64,000 nucleotides of DNA from the human T2T-CHM13v2.0 reference genome, Homo sapiens. Numbering within the stretch: position 1 is the stretch's first letter; every line of letters begins with the position of its first letter. The stretch lies in NCBI RefSeq assembly GCF_009914755.1, contig NC_060940.1. One strand, 5' to 3'. The notes under the pieces are model-generated. The model was not told the origin of the DNA and made no database searches. It saw nothing but the letters and a program-made list of their open reading frames with translations. The translations under genes and the position numbers were made by a program. Shown here in pieces: positions 1 to 13,230 of this stretch.

Positions 1-1246
1 TTGGTATCTGTGCCTACTCCACTGGCAGCCACCTATGAACCTGCGTGTGCTTTGCATATCTGCAATGCGCATCCACAAACGCAGAGAAACACATTGCATC
101 AGAGCCACTCTGCCCCATGTGTAAATCTCAGCTCCCCACCTTGGTTCTCAGCCAAGACGTCCAACCACATTAAACCCTCACATCCTCCTTAGTAAAATAG
201 AAGGAAATATAATTACTTTGAAAGCCGATTGTCAGAAAAAAGTGACATGGAAGATTTGCAGTAAATCTTCACCCCTCTTGTTTGCCTCAAGATATTTTTC
301 AGCCAGGAATTTCTGTCACTTTGATATAGATTTGAAATGTAACAGAACACTCAACTCCAATAACAAACTGTTATAGGTACCAAGACCCACCCTTTGCCTC
401 ACAGACATAGATTCTAGGGTTAGATAAGATTATAGAGATATTTTATGCTACAGAAGCAATATTCCAAAGCAAACTGGACTTAGTATTTTAAAACTCACTG
501 AATACTGACAACTGAGTCTCCTACCAACTTGGTTTATCTTCCAAAAGAACACTATCCATGTCCATATGGATCTGTTTGGAGTTTGGAGAGGGGAGGAGAA
601 TTGAGCAGCCAAGGCTACTAGCAACTGTGATGTTGGGATAAGAAGTAATGTTTCATATCCCTGAGACTCCCCAGTAGGCCATGGCCATTTTGTTCAATAT
701 CCCTGCCCCAATCTCTGAATTTCTGGGTACCAGTGCTAGGAAGGAAATAAATGTTCTTGGTCTCTCCACATCAGTCACAAGGATGCTGTAACTGAGTCTA
801 AGGTGTAGGATGGAACCCACCCTCCTGGTGGCTTTGGAAACCAAATGCCCCCTAAGATTCTATCGTTGGGTATGGACAGGTATTTACAAGATATTTGTTA
901 ACTTCCAGTGTTTGAAAATGGGGAGATTTCATAGAATGTGTCCCTTGAGAAGCTGTAAGTTTGGGAGCACAGTGTCCACATTCCTTCCTGGTAGCAGGCA
1001 TCTAAACCAAGTAATGACTGCCTAAGAGAGGACAACAACTCTGCCATTCTCCTAGAATGCCTACTCCCTTACTGCCAACCAGCCAGGAACTCAACAAGGT
1101 GTTACACTGATAGATCCTGGGTCTGGAGGTAGGTTTATTACATAGAGATATTTTAATCTCATTGGCTAAGAATCAGAAGGTCCGAAGATGTCATTTTTTA
1201 ACAGTATAGTCGCTCAAAGCTATCCTGTCTACAAAGCACAAAGTAT

Positions 1247-1598
<352 letters not shown>

Positions 1599-1669
1599 TT
1601 AAGGAGAAAAAACTGGACAACTCTTCCCATTCTGATTAATATTACAGACTTGAATGTGTAAAAGTACTC

Positions 1670-1791
1670 ATGATTTACTTCTCTAGTAATCATACAGACT
1701 TGTCACATTTTAATTTAGCCCAAGTTTAATATGATTTACTTATCTAGTAATCATATAGACTTGTCACATTTTAATTTTTTAGCCCAAATTT
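1670..1791. repeat. Two-copy tandem duplication, period 61 bp
   Basis: ATGATTTACTT(C/A)TCTAGTAATCATA(C/T)AGACTTGTCACATTTTAATTT...AGCCCAA(G/A)TTT starts at 1670 and 1731. Confidence 0.95.
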
Positions 1792-1857
1792 GATTTTGCT
1801 TCTTTCAGTTTTCTTGGCCTTGCCTTCTCTGGTATAGATTTTCTCATGCTTTAAACT

Positions 1858-2438
1858 GGCACTGCCTACCAGAAATATAAGGCAAGATGCGTATATAATT
1901 TTAAGTTGTCTAGCAGACAAGCCACAGAAGTAAAAATAGGTTAAACTAGTCTTTTACTTAACTCACAATATTAAAAATAGTATCATTTCAACATGTCATG
2001 AATAGAGAAATAAGGAGATATTTTACATCTTCATACTAAGTCTTGGTACTTGGCATAAATTTCACACAGCACATTTCAGTTTGAACCAGCCATATCTCCA
2101 GTGCTCAAAAGCCACATCTGGCCAGGCACAGTAGCTCCTGCCTGTAATCTCAACACTTTGGGAGGCCAAGGCAGGGATGTGATATGAGCCTGGGCAACAT
2201 CGTGAGATCCCCGTTGCTACAGAAGACAATCAGCCAGGCATGGTAGTGCTGATGATCCTAGCTATGTCAAAGGGCTGAGGTGGAAGGATTGCTTGAGCCC
2301 AGGAGTTCCAGACTTCATTGAGCTGATAGTACCACTGCACTCCAGCCTTGACGACAGAGCAAGACAACTCCAAAAATAAAATTTCTTTTAAAAAGCTGTA
2401 TCTAGCTCAGCTTGAGGTGCCCACATTGGATAACGCAG
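1858..2438 (+). mobile_element. MER33 hAT-Charlie DNA transposon fossil, split by an Alu
   Basis: TATCATTTCAACATGT, GAGATATTTTACAT, CATACTAAGTCTT, CAGTGCTCAAAAGCCACAT match MER33; terminal ATTGGATAACGCAG resumes after the Alu. Confidence 0.75.
2120..2381 (+). mobile_element. Alu, old AluJ, internally deleted
   Basis: GGCCAGGCACAGTAGCTC...GGATTGCTTGAGCCCAGGAGTT; degenerate TSD AAAAGCCACATCT/AAAAGCTGTATCT. Confidence 0.9.
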
Positions 2439-2475
2439 CTACAGATCACTGAAGAATGCTCTTTGGCCACCTTTT

Positions 2476-2810
2476 ATGAGGAGGAGTCTCTCTGTTGACC
2501 AGGCTGGAGTGCAATGGCATGATCTTGGCTCACTCCAACCTCCGCCTCCTGGGTTCAAGCGATTCTCCTGCCTCGGCCTCCTGAGTAGCTCGAACTACAG
2601 CTACAGGTACTTGCCACCACACCTGGCTAATTTTTTTCTATTTTTCATAGAGACGGGATTTCACCATATTGGCTAATTTTTGTATTTTTAGTAGAGATGG
2701 GGTTTCACCATGTTGTCCAGGCTGGTCTCAAACTCCTGATCTCAAGTGATCCACCCACCTCGGCCTCACAAAGTGCCGGGATTACAGGTGTGAGCCACTG
2801 CACCCAGCCC
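2476..2810 (-). mobile_element. Alu, AluS-type, with internal 46-bp duplication
   Basis: Reverse-strand Alu; linker region TGGCTAATTTTT...TTTCACCAT present twice (2624, 2670). Confidence 0.93.
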
Positions 2811-3363
2811 TCAGCCACCTTATTTCTAGTCTCACTTTAGCATAAGCCTCAGGAGTGAGACCGCAATCATTCAGGCTGATACCATGGGTGATGCTGGCAT
2901 CTGATTTACCACTGTGATCAGTCTAAGTAAAAGTTCTGCTTCTGCCCCCATACTTCTCAGAAGTGCAAACATTGGCTCCTCTTCACCGGCAGCTATACTC
3001 TTAAAATGCCAGCCATTCATTTACTTTACTTCTGGTTGTCACTGATGCTCAGGTTCTTGGGAAATAACCCAGCACATACTAGAAGCTTGTCTTTTAGGGA
3101 TTCTATTAGCCAAGTCGGCAAATCCTAAGTCCCAAACGAGACAGACTGAATTCATAGGGTGTATCAAGGAGCGTGATTTAGGAGCAGCCATTTTAGCAGC
3201 ACTATTCTCTCTTCAGCTGTAATACCCAAGAGGTAGGAACCCTACCTCTTTGTTCATTCTTTTACACATTTCTTTGCTCATCAACAATGCTCCATCATTC
3301 CCCAGAGTGCTGAGCACTAGGGTTACTAAAATAGTATAAGTATAGTCAGAGACATTTGAAATG

Positions 3364-3986
3364 TGTCAGAGGCTTTGAAACAGCGACTCCATCTTGAATA
3401 GGGGCGGGGTCAAATAAGGTGGAGACCTGCTGGGCTGGATTCCTAGGAGGTTAGGCACTTTTATCACAGGATGAGATGGGAGGTCCACAGGATTGGGATC
3501 ACAGGATATAGATCATAAAGACACTGTTGATAAAACAGGAAGCCAGCCAAAACCCACCAAAACCAAAATAGTGATGAAAGTGACCTCTAGTCCCCCTCAC
3601 TGTTCATTATATGCTAATTATAATACATTAGCATGCTAAAAGACACTCCCACCAGTACCATGACAGTTTACAAATGCCATGGCAAATGTCCAGAAGTTAC
3701 CCTATTGTAGTCTAAAGAGAGAAACCCTGGGTTCCGGGAATTGCCTGCATCTTTCCAGGAAAACTCATGAATAATATACTTGTTTAGCATATAATCAAGA
3801 AATAACTAAGTATACTCAACTAAGCAACCCATGCCGCTGTTCTATGCTGTAGCCATCGTTTATTCCCTTACTTCCTTAAATAAATTTGCTTTCACTTTAC
3901 CCTGCGGACTCGCCATGAATCCTTTCTTGTGCAAGATCCAAGAACCCTCCCCTTTGGGTCTGGATCTGGACCCCTTTCCGGTAACA
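3364..3986 (+). mobile_element. MER41B solo LTR (ERV1)
   Basis: TGTCAGAGG...CTCCATCTTGAATAGGGGC start, GCTAATTATAAT..ATTAGCATGC, GACCCCTTTCCGGTAACA end; ~620 bp. Confidence 0.9.
3732..3761. promoter_or_regulatory. Tandem GAS (STAT) motifs within MER41B
   Basis: TTCCGGGAA (3732-3740) and TTCCAGGAA (3753-3761) both fit TTCN3GAA; activity untested. Confidence 0.55.
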
Positions 3987-4047
3987 GTCATAGAGTGAAA
4001 CATTACAAATGTGCCTGACATACCATTAGGCGACCATTCTAACCTTG

Positions 4048-4650
4048 AGTATTAATGTCTATTGCTGTAAAATAAAGTAGGCATGCTTAGTAACTTAAAG
4101 CACACATTTGAGATCTCACAATTTCCAGGGCTCAGAAGTCTAGGTATGGGTTAGAGATGGGCCCTGTGCTCAGGATCTCCCCAGCTACAACTTAAGTGCT
4201 GACTATGGCTGTGATTCTCATCTGAGGCTTGAAGTCATCTTCCAAACTCATCAAGGTTGTCAGCAAAGTTTAGTTCCTCATGGAGGTAAGATTAAGGTCC
4301 CCACTTCCTTGCTAATTGTTAGCTGGTGAGTTCTCTTAGCCCGTAAAAGCCACCAGCCGTTCCTTTCAAGGCAGCCCCATAGAAAGTTTACTATGTGGAT
4401 ATTTGCACCTTCTTCCAGGTGAGCAGAGGTGTGCCTTTTTGAATTTCTTCGCATTCTTTTAAAGTTTCTTCTAACTAGTTCAGGCTCACCCAGGGTTATC
4501 TCCCTTCAGATTAACTCTGTCAACTGATAAGTCACCTATTACTGCTACCAAGGGAGTGCTATCGCATCCTAGCCACAGACTCCTCCCATACTCAAGAGGA
4601 GATGACGCAGAGCTTGTTCACTAGGGTGCAGAAATCCTGCCGACCATGCC
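4048..4650 (-). mobile_element. MLT1E-type MaLR solo LTR
   Basis: CTATTGCTGTAA..., TCTTCCAAACTCAT, CTCACCCAGGGTTATCTCCC, CTCAAGAGGAG resemble MLT1E reverse strand. Confidence 0.7.
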
Positions 4651-4699
4651 TTGTAAACCTGCTTGTTTATGTCAAAGTAAAAAGCACTACTGTCTTTGT

Positions 4700-4850
4700 G
4701 ATAAGAACCACTTCATCTCCAATTCCCAACTTTGAAGGGAGACAAGGCCATCTCTATTTTCTGGATAGGAAAACCAGGTCTCAGAAGTGAGAGAATGCTG
4801 CACAGCTACTAGAAACTGGGGGAGCCAGATTAGAGGCTTGGTCTGAAAAG
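4700..4850 (-). mobile_element. MIR fragment
   Basis: CTCTATTTTCTGGATAGGAAAACCAGGTCTCAGAAG resembles the reverse MIR core. Confidence 0.5.
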
Positions 4851-4967
4851 CAAATCCTTGGAAGTTTCCCCCAAGACACAAGGAACTGTCACTGTATAGC
4901 TTTCCCAGGACTTTGCTAGTGAGCTACCAGATCATTAAACCCAAAATAAATGTAAGTCTTTGCATAA

Positions 4968-5702
4968 GTTCTTTATTGTCGCATAACATGTTACCTCCAA
5001 ATTTAAAAGCTTAAAATAGCTGGGAACAGTGGCTCATGCCTGTAAGATTTTGAAGGCCAAGGCAAGAGGATCATTTGAGACTAGGAGTTCAAGACCAGGC
5101 TGGGTAACATCAGGAGACCATGTCTCTACAAAAAATTTAAAAATTAGCTGAACACCATGGTGCACTCCTGTAGTCCCAGCTACTACTCAGAAGACTGAGG
5201 CAGGAGAAACACCTGACTCCAGGAAGTCAAGGGTGATGCTACAGTGAGCCAAGATCACTCACTGCATTCCAGCTTCAGTGACAGAGACCCTGTCTCAAAA
5301 AAAAGAAAAAAAAAAAAAAAAAATCGTTTATAGGTTCTGTGGGCCAGAGGCCCAGGTTGGCTTAGGGTTTTGCAAGAGGCTGCAATCAGTGTTGGTGGGG
5401 GCCATTATCATGTAAAGTGTTGGCTGGAGAAGGATACATTTTCCAGGTTACTTGCAAAGCTATTAGCGGGATTCAAGTTCTTGCAGACTGAACTGGCGGA
5501 CTGAGTTTTTTGCTGACTGTAGCCAGGGACTTTCATTCCTCAGTTCCCAGCCGTGAAGGTCTATCCGTAGGGCAGCTCACAACATGCAAGCTTGCTTTAT
5601 GAAGTAATGCCAGCTTCCTTCAGCAAGTAAAAAGAGCCAGAGAGTGCCCACAAGGTGGAAGCCATGGATTTCATAACCTATTCTCAGAACCAACATCCTG
5701 TC
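4968..5702 (-). mobile_element. MLT1F-type MaLR LTR, split by an Alu
   Basis: TTATTGTCGCATAACA, GGGCAGCTCACAACATG, CAAGGTGGAAGCC..CATAACCTA. Confidence 0.65.
5018..5323 (+). mobile_element. Alu, AluJ-type
   Basis: Diverged dimer with ~27-nt A tail. Confidence 0.92.
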
Positions 5703-6059
5703 TTATAAAGCTTGTCTTATAATTTTCATGGGGAGTGGACACCACTAGAGGAAACAGGAATTAATCATAAGCAGTTGAGACTTCCATGGGACCTCAGATC
5801 TACAACCAGACACCGTGCTCTTGGCATCCTCATCAAAGAGGTCCCAAGCAGCACATTTTACCATTCCCTTCCTCCTTATGTTTGTCTGGACAATGTCCTG
5901 CTGAACTATACATTTTCACTTACTTCTATTTCTGAAAACTAACCCTTTTTCTGCTGCTTAAATGAAGATTCCCTTTCTAATCAATACAGCCCACTCAATA
6001 CCTTCCCCCAGCAGATTCTTAGTACATCAAAGATGAAAGAGCTGAAGCCATTATTTCCT

Positions 6060-6360
6060 CCCCTCTAAATGTGGTCCATGGGTTGCCTGCATCAGAAGCA
6101 CCTGGAGAGCCTGTTCACAAGGCATATCTCTGAGTCCCTTTTCTGACCCTGGCAATTAGGGTTGCTAGTGTTCAAGCCTAGGTGATTTGCATGGCATGCA
6201 GCCTAAAATTTGAGATCGAATGCTTTAGATCTCATCTACTCAAGAGGTTCTCAAACCTGGCCACATATTAGAATCATGTGAAATGCTTTCACAAAATATC
6301 CCTGCCTGAATTTCACCCATAAGGATTTAATTGATTTAATTTGATCAGAGTGGGCCTAGG
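6060..6360. mobile_element. Two adjacent MER5-type hAT fragments
   Basis: GCATCAGAAGCACCTGGAGAGC and GGTTCTCAAACCTGGCCACATATTAGAATCA. Confidence 0.55.
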
Positions 6361-6432
6361 AAGCTCGACTCTTACTATTCCATCCTCATGTTATATATGA
6401 GAAAGCCAAAGCTCAAGAAGGGAAAGCAATGC

Positions 6433-6798
6433 TGTTATGGTTCGGCTGTGTCCCCACCCAAATCTCATCTGGAATCATAGCTCCCACAATTCCCACATGT
6501 CATCGGGGGACCTGGTAGGAGGTAGTTGAATCATGGGAGTAGATCTTTCCTGTACTGTTCCTGTGATGAATACATCTCATGAAAGCTGATGGTTTTATAA
6601 AGGGTAGTTTTTCCCTGCCCAAGTTGCCTCTTGCCTGCCTCCAGGTAAGACATGCCTTTCACCATCTGCCATGATTGTGAGGCCTCCCCACCATGTGGAA
6701 CTGAGTCCATTAAAGCTTTTTCTTAAATGGAACTGAGTCCATTATAGACATACCTGACACTGAAAGCTTTATCAGCAGCATGAGAACAGACTAATACA
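6433..6798 (+). mobile_element. THE1 MaLR solo LTR with rearranged 3' part
   Basis: TGTTATGGTTCGGCTGTGTCCCCACCCAAATCTCATC...CAGACTAATACA. Confidence 0.92.
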
Positions 6799-7009
6799 GT
6801 CTCCCCAAGTTGTTAGCTAAAAAATCCAGGGTTTGAACCCAGTCTGAAGGATTCCAAAGACTATACTCAAATTTTTATTTAAAGGATTTGGATGTCGTGA
6901 TTCCTTCCACCATCCACCAAGGTCACCTTAGTTCCTCTAAAGAGCTGAAGTCAATTTTATCTTCGAAAGATTTATCTTGATGTTAGTCCTTTTAATCCTA
7001 TATTTTTCA

Positions 7010-7395
7010 AAATTTAAGTTGGACTTCACCTTTCTCTGGTGCCTCCTTGAGTAGCTCAATGATTGACCTTCTGAATTCTTTTTCTGGCAATTCAGAGATT
7101 TCTTCTTGATTTGGATCTATTGCTGGGGAGCTAGTGTGAGATTTTGGGGATGTTAAAGAACCTCGCTTTGTCGTATTACCAGAATTGTTTTTCTGGTTCC
7201 TTCTCATCGGGGTGGACTAAGAAAGTAAAGATCTGGGGCTCAAGGGCTGCTGTTCAGATTCTTCTGTCCCATGGGGTGATCCCTTGATGTGGTTTTCTCC
7301 CCCTTCTAGGGATGTGGCTTCCTAAAAGCCAAATTGTAGGGATTCTTAATCTTCTTCTGGGCCTAGCCACCAAGAAGAGCTACCAAGCTCTGGCA
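7010..7395 (-). mobile_element. Old L1 (L1PB / late L1PA-like) 5'UTR-ORF1 start fragment
   Basis: ORF 7007-7207 MRRNQKNNSGN...EEISELPEKEFRRSIIELLKE resembles an old ORF1p N-terminus. Confidence 0.8.
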
Positions 7396-7854
7396 AGTTC
7401 GCCCTTTTTAATATGACTGATGCTTAATTCAGTTGTCCTGTTAGCCCACAGTTCATTTATTTTGGCTTCTGTCATCCCCTTTTGATATGGATATACTGAT
7501 GAAGACTTCAAAATTTACCAAGGATCTTTGGGATCTAATTTCTTAAACCAATTTACTCTATGGTCATTTTTAGAGTAGGTGGTTCTATCCAGTTCTTAAT
7601 TTGAATACCTCTCCAAACATGAATGAGTTCAAGTCATATTCATTCCTAAGCTATCATGCTCAGTAGTAAACATCTGTGGAATATACCAATACCTTTAACT
7701 CCAGACATGTTCTCAACAGAGAAGCCCTTAAAACAAAAAGCAATCTTGATATAGCAAAGTCAACATGAAATTGGAATACAAAATTAATATAGCGCAGATT
7801 CCCCCATATCCCAAAGCTTTTAATCTATTCTACAACCCTAGAACCAACTTTAAA

Positions 7855-8142
7855 TTGAAAGACAGGGTCTTACTCTGTCGCTCAGGATGGAGGTACAGCA
7901 GTGCCATCAGAGCTCACTGCAGCCTCCAACTTCTGGACTCAATCCTTCTGCCTCAGCCTTCTCCTTCCGGAGTAGCTACAACTATAGGTGCATGCCCCCA
8001 CACCCAGCCAATTTTTAAATTTCTGTAGAGATGGGATGTTGCTATCCTTGCCCAGGCTGGTCTTTAACTCCTGGCTTCAAGCAAACCTCCCAACTCAGCC
8101 CCCAAAGTGCGGGGATTCCAGCATGGGCTAACGTTCCCAGCC
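7855..8142 (-). mobile_element. Alu, AluJ-type
   Basis: GACAGGGTCTTACTCTG...; flanking TAGAACCAACTTTA/TGGAACCAACCTTTA TSD. Confidence 0.92.
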
Positions 8143-8209
8143 TGGAACCAACCTTTACGGTTATCAATTCTCCCATCAGTTAACTGTCTCAGATATAGGT
8201 ATAGTATCC

Positions 8210-8449
8210 TTTTTTGAGACGGAGTCTCACTCTATCACCCAGGCTGGAGTGCAGTGTTATGATCTCAGCTCACAACAACCTCCACCTCCTGGGTTCAAGT
8301 GATTTTCCTGCCTCAGCCTCCTGAGTAGCTGGGATTGCAGGCGCATGCCACCACGCCCAGCTAATTTTTGTATTTTTAGTAAAGATGGGGTTTCACCATA
8401 TTGGTCAGGCTGGTCTCAAACTCCTAACCTCATAATCCGGCCTCCCAAA
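8210..8449 (-). mobile_element. Alu, AluS-type, 5'-truncated
   Basis: TTTTTTGAGACGGAGTCTCAC...GGCCTCCCAAA. Confidence 0.92.
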
Positions 8450-8559
8450 TCCCTTCTTACACGTATCAAGACTCATACTGAACAACGAGTTCTGGGTTGC
8501 AAGAGGACTTTTTGAACCTGTCTATAAATGTCCACATGTTAAAACATACAAGTGCTGAA

Positions 8560-8904
8560 TTTTATTTTTAAATGACATAATTGGATATATTTATGGGATA
8601 CGATGTGATACACTGATACATGTATACATTGCAGAATGAGCAAGTTAGGCTAACACATCCATTGCCTCACATGCTTATTTTTGGTAAGAATATTTAAAAA
8701 TCCATTCTTTTAACAATTAAGATATAATACATTATTAACTAAAGTCACCTTGATGTGAAAAAGGTCAGAACTTCGTCCTCCTGTAAGAAACTGAACTGTT
8801 GTACCTTTTGACCATTTCCCTTGGCCCCACCCACTCATATCCCCAGCCTCTGGTGGGAGCATGCAATATTCTCATTTCTATGCCCCACTTATTTCACTTA
8901 AGAT
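8560..8904 (-). mobile_element. L1MA 3' end, minus-strand part of the host element
   Basis: T-rich end, ATATTTATGGGATAC, CCCCAGCCTCTGGT, CTTATTTCACTTAA. Confidence 0.8.
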
Positions 8905-8959
8905 CAGAATAAAGAGACAATCCATAAATAGGGAGAAAATATTTGCAAATCATACATCA

Positions 8960-11520
<2,561 letters not shown>

Positions 11521-11812
11521 GAACACAAATATTTAAAAATAGGCAAAGAACCTAGATATTCTCAAAAGACATGTAAAAACCAGATTTTTAAAATACTCAC
11601 TATTGTTAATCAGGCAAATACAAATTAAAACCACAATGAGATATCACCTCATAGCTGTTAGAATGGCTATCATCAAGAAGACAAAAGATAACAGGTGTTG
11701 GCGAGGATGTAGAGAAAAGAACCTTTGTATACTGTTGGTGGGAATCTATATTAACACAGCCATTTTGGAAAACAGTATAGAGGTTTCTCAAACTAAAAAT
11801 AGGGTTACCATA

Positions 11813-12149
11813 TGCATTAGTTCATCTTCACGCTGCTAATAGAGAACTATCCAAGACAAGGTAACCGATGAAGGAAAGGTTTAATTGACTCACAGTTCCA
11901 CATGGCTGGGGAGGCCTCACAATCATGGCAGAAGAGCAAGGGACATCTTATATGGTGGCAGGCAAGAGTTTCTACACGGGAGCTCCCCTTTATAAAACCA
12001 TCAGATCTAGTGAGACTTGTTCATGGGAACAGCTCAGGAAACACCCGTCCCCATAAATGAATTACCCCCAACCGGGTCCCTCCCATGACATGTGGGGATT
12101 ATTACATTTCAAGGTGAGATGTAGGTGGGGACAGAGCCAAACCATATCA
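11813..12149 (-). mobile_element. THE1 MaLR solo LTR
   Basis: TGCATTAG...GCCAAACCATATCA; perfect 5-bp TSD CCATA (11808-11812, 12150-12154). Confidence 0.93.
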
Positions 12150-12183
12150 CCATATGATCTAGTAATCACACTTCTGGATGGAG

Positions 12184-12186
<3 letters not shown>

Positions 12187-12234
<48 letters not shown>

Positions 12235-12384
12235 CACACACACACACATATATATATACACACATACATATATATACATATATACACATACATATACATA
12301 TATACATCTATACATATGTCTATACATATATACATTTATCTATACATATATATACATACATATATACATACACACACACACACA
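12187..12384. repeat. Compound (TG)n(TA)n(CA)n / TACA microsatellite
   Basis: Alternating purine-pyrimidine tract visible directly. Confidence 0.97.
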
Positions 12385-12764
12385 GGAATTGAGATTAAAT
12401 GTTAAAGAGATATCTGCACTCCCATGCTCATTACAGCATTATTCGTAATAGTCAAGATGTGGATATAACCTAAGTGCCCACTTGTAAGTTAATAGGATTT
12501 AAATGTCATTTATACACAGTGGAATACTATTCAGCCTTAAAGAGAAATTTTGTCATTTTCAATGACACGGATTAGTCCAAACTCTATACTCATTCTACTA
12601 TCCTATGACCCCAGTCTGATAACAGGTACTTTCTAGTCTGCAAGAGAACAAGAGTTGCAGAAGTTCAAGTGCTGAAAAATACATATTGATCACTGTGGGC
12701 AAATCATCCACTATTTACCCTATGCTCAGACTAATCAGAGGAAAGACTTTTCGTATTATATTCG

Positions 12765-13230
12765 TTTGGATTCATTCAGTTGCAGAAACAGACCTGTAAC
12801 TCAAATTGGCTCAACAGCAACAAATGTGTTGGAGATTTATTGGGTCCCGAGTTCAGACACGCCTGATTCCACAAATATGCAACATCGTCAGAGCTCTTTT
12901 CTCATCTCTGGGCTCTGTTTCACTTTGTTTAGTCCTTTTTCTTTTTTTCCTTCTTCAAATTGGCTGCCTCTATTTGCTGGGGTAGTTGCCATCTGGCAGC
13001 CTCCAGCCTATATTGCTTCAACTTAGAAAACCTAGCTAAATAGATGGCTTTTTCTTCCTCGCTGGAACCATGCATAGCAAAGATTTAGCATATGCTGAAG
13101 AAGGATTCTGGTTGGTCCTCCTTAGACCAATCAATGTGCCTGCTAGGAGTAGAGTGCTCTGATTGGCCAGGCTTGGAGCAGTGTCATTAACAAGGTTTCT
13201 GTCCTTTTCACACAGGAGATGGTGTGCCAT
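12765..13230 (-). mobile_element. Ancient MLT1 (J/K/L-like) LTR
   Basis: TTCAGTTGCAGAAACAGA..AACTCAAATTGGCT; CTCTGATTGGCCAGGCTTGG. Confidence 0.5.

Noticed and set aside
6520-6535. DUX4 site in the THE1 copies
   Set aside because: The TAATTGAATCA motif is mutated here (TAGTTGAATCA) and in the other THE1s (e.g. TAATTGAATTA at ~57894).
12057-12448. His/Tyr/Ile-rich ORFs
   Set aside because: Translations of the TG/TA/CA microsatellite.
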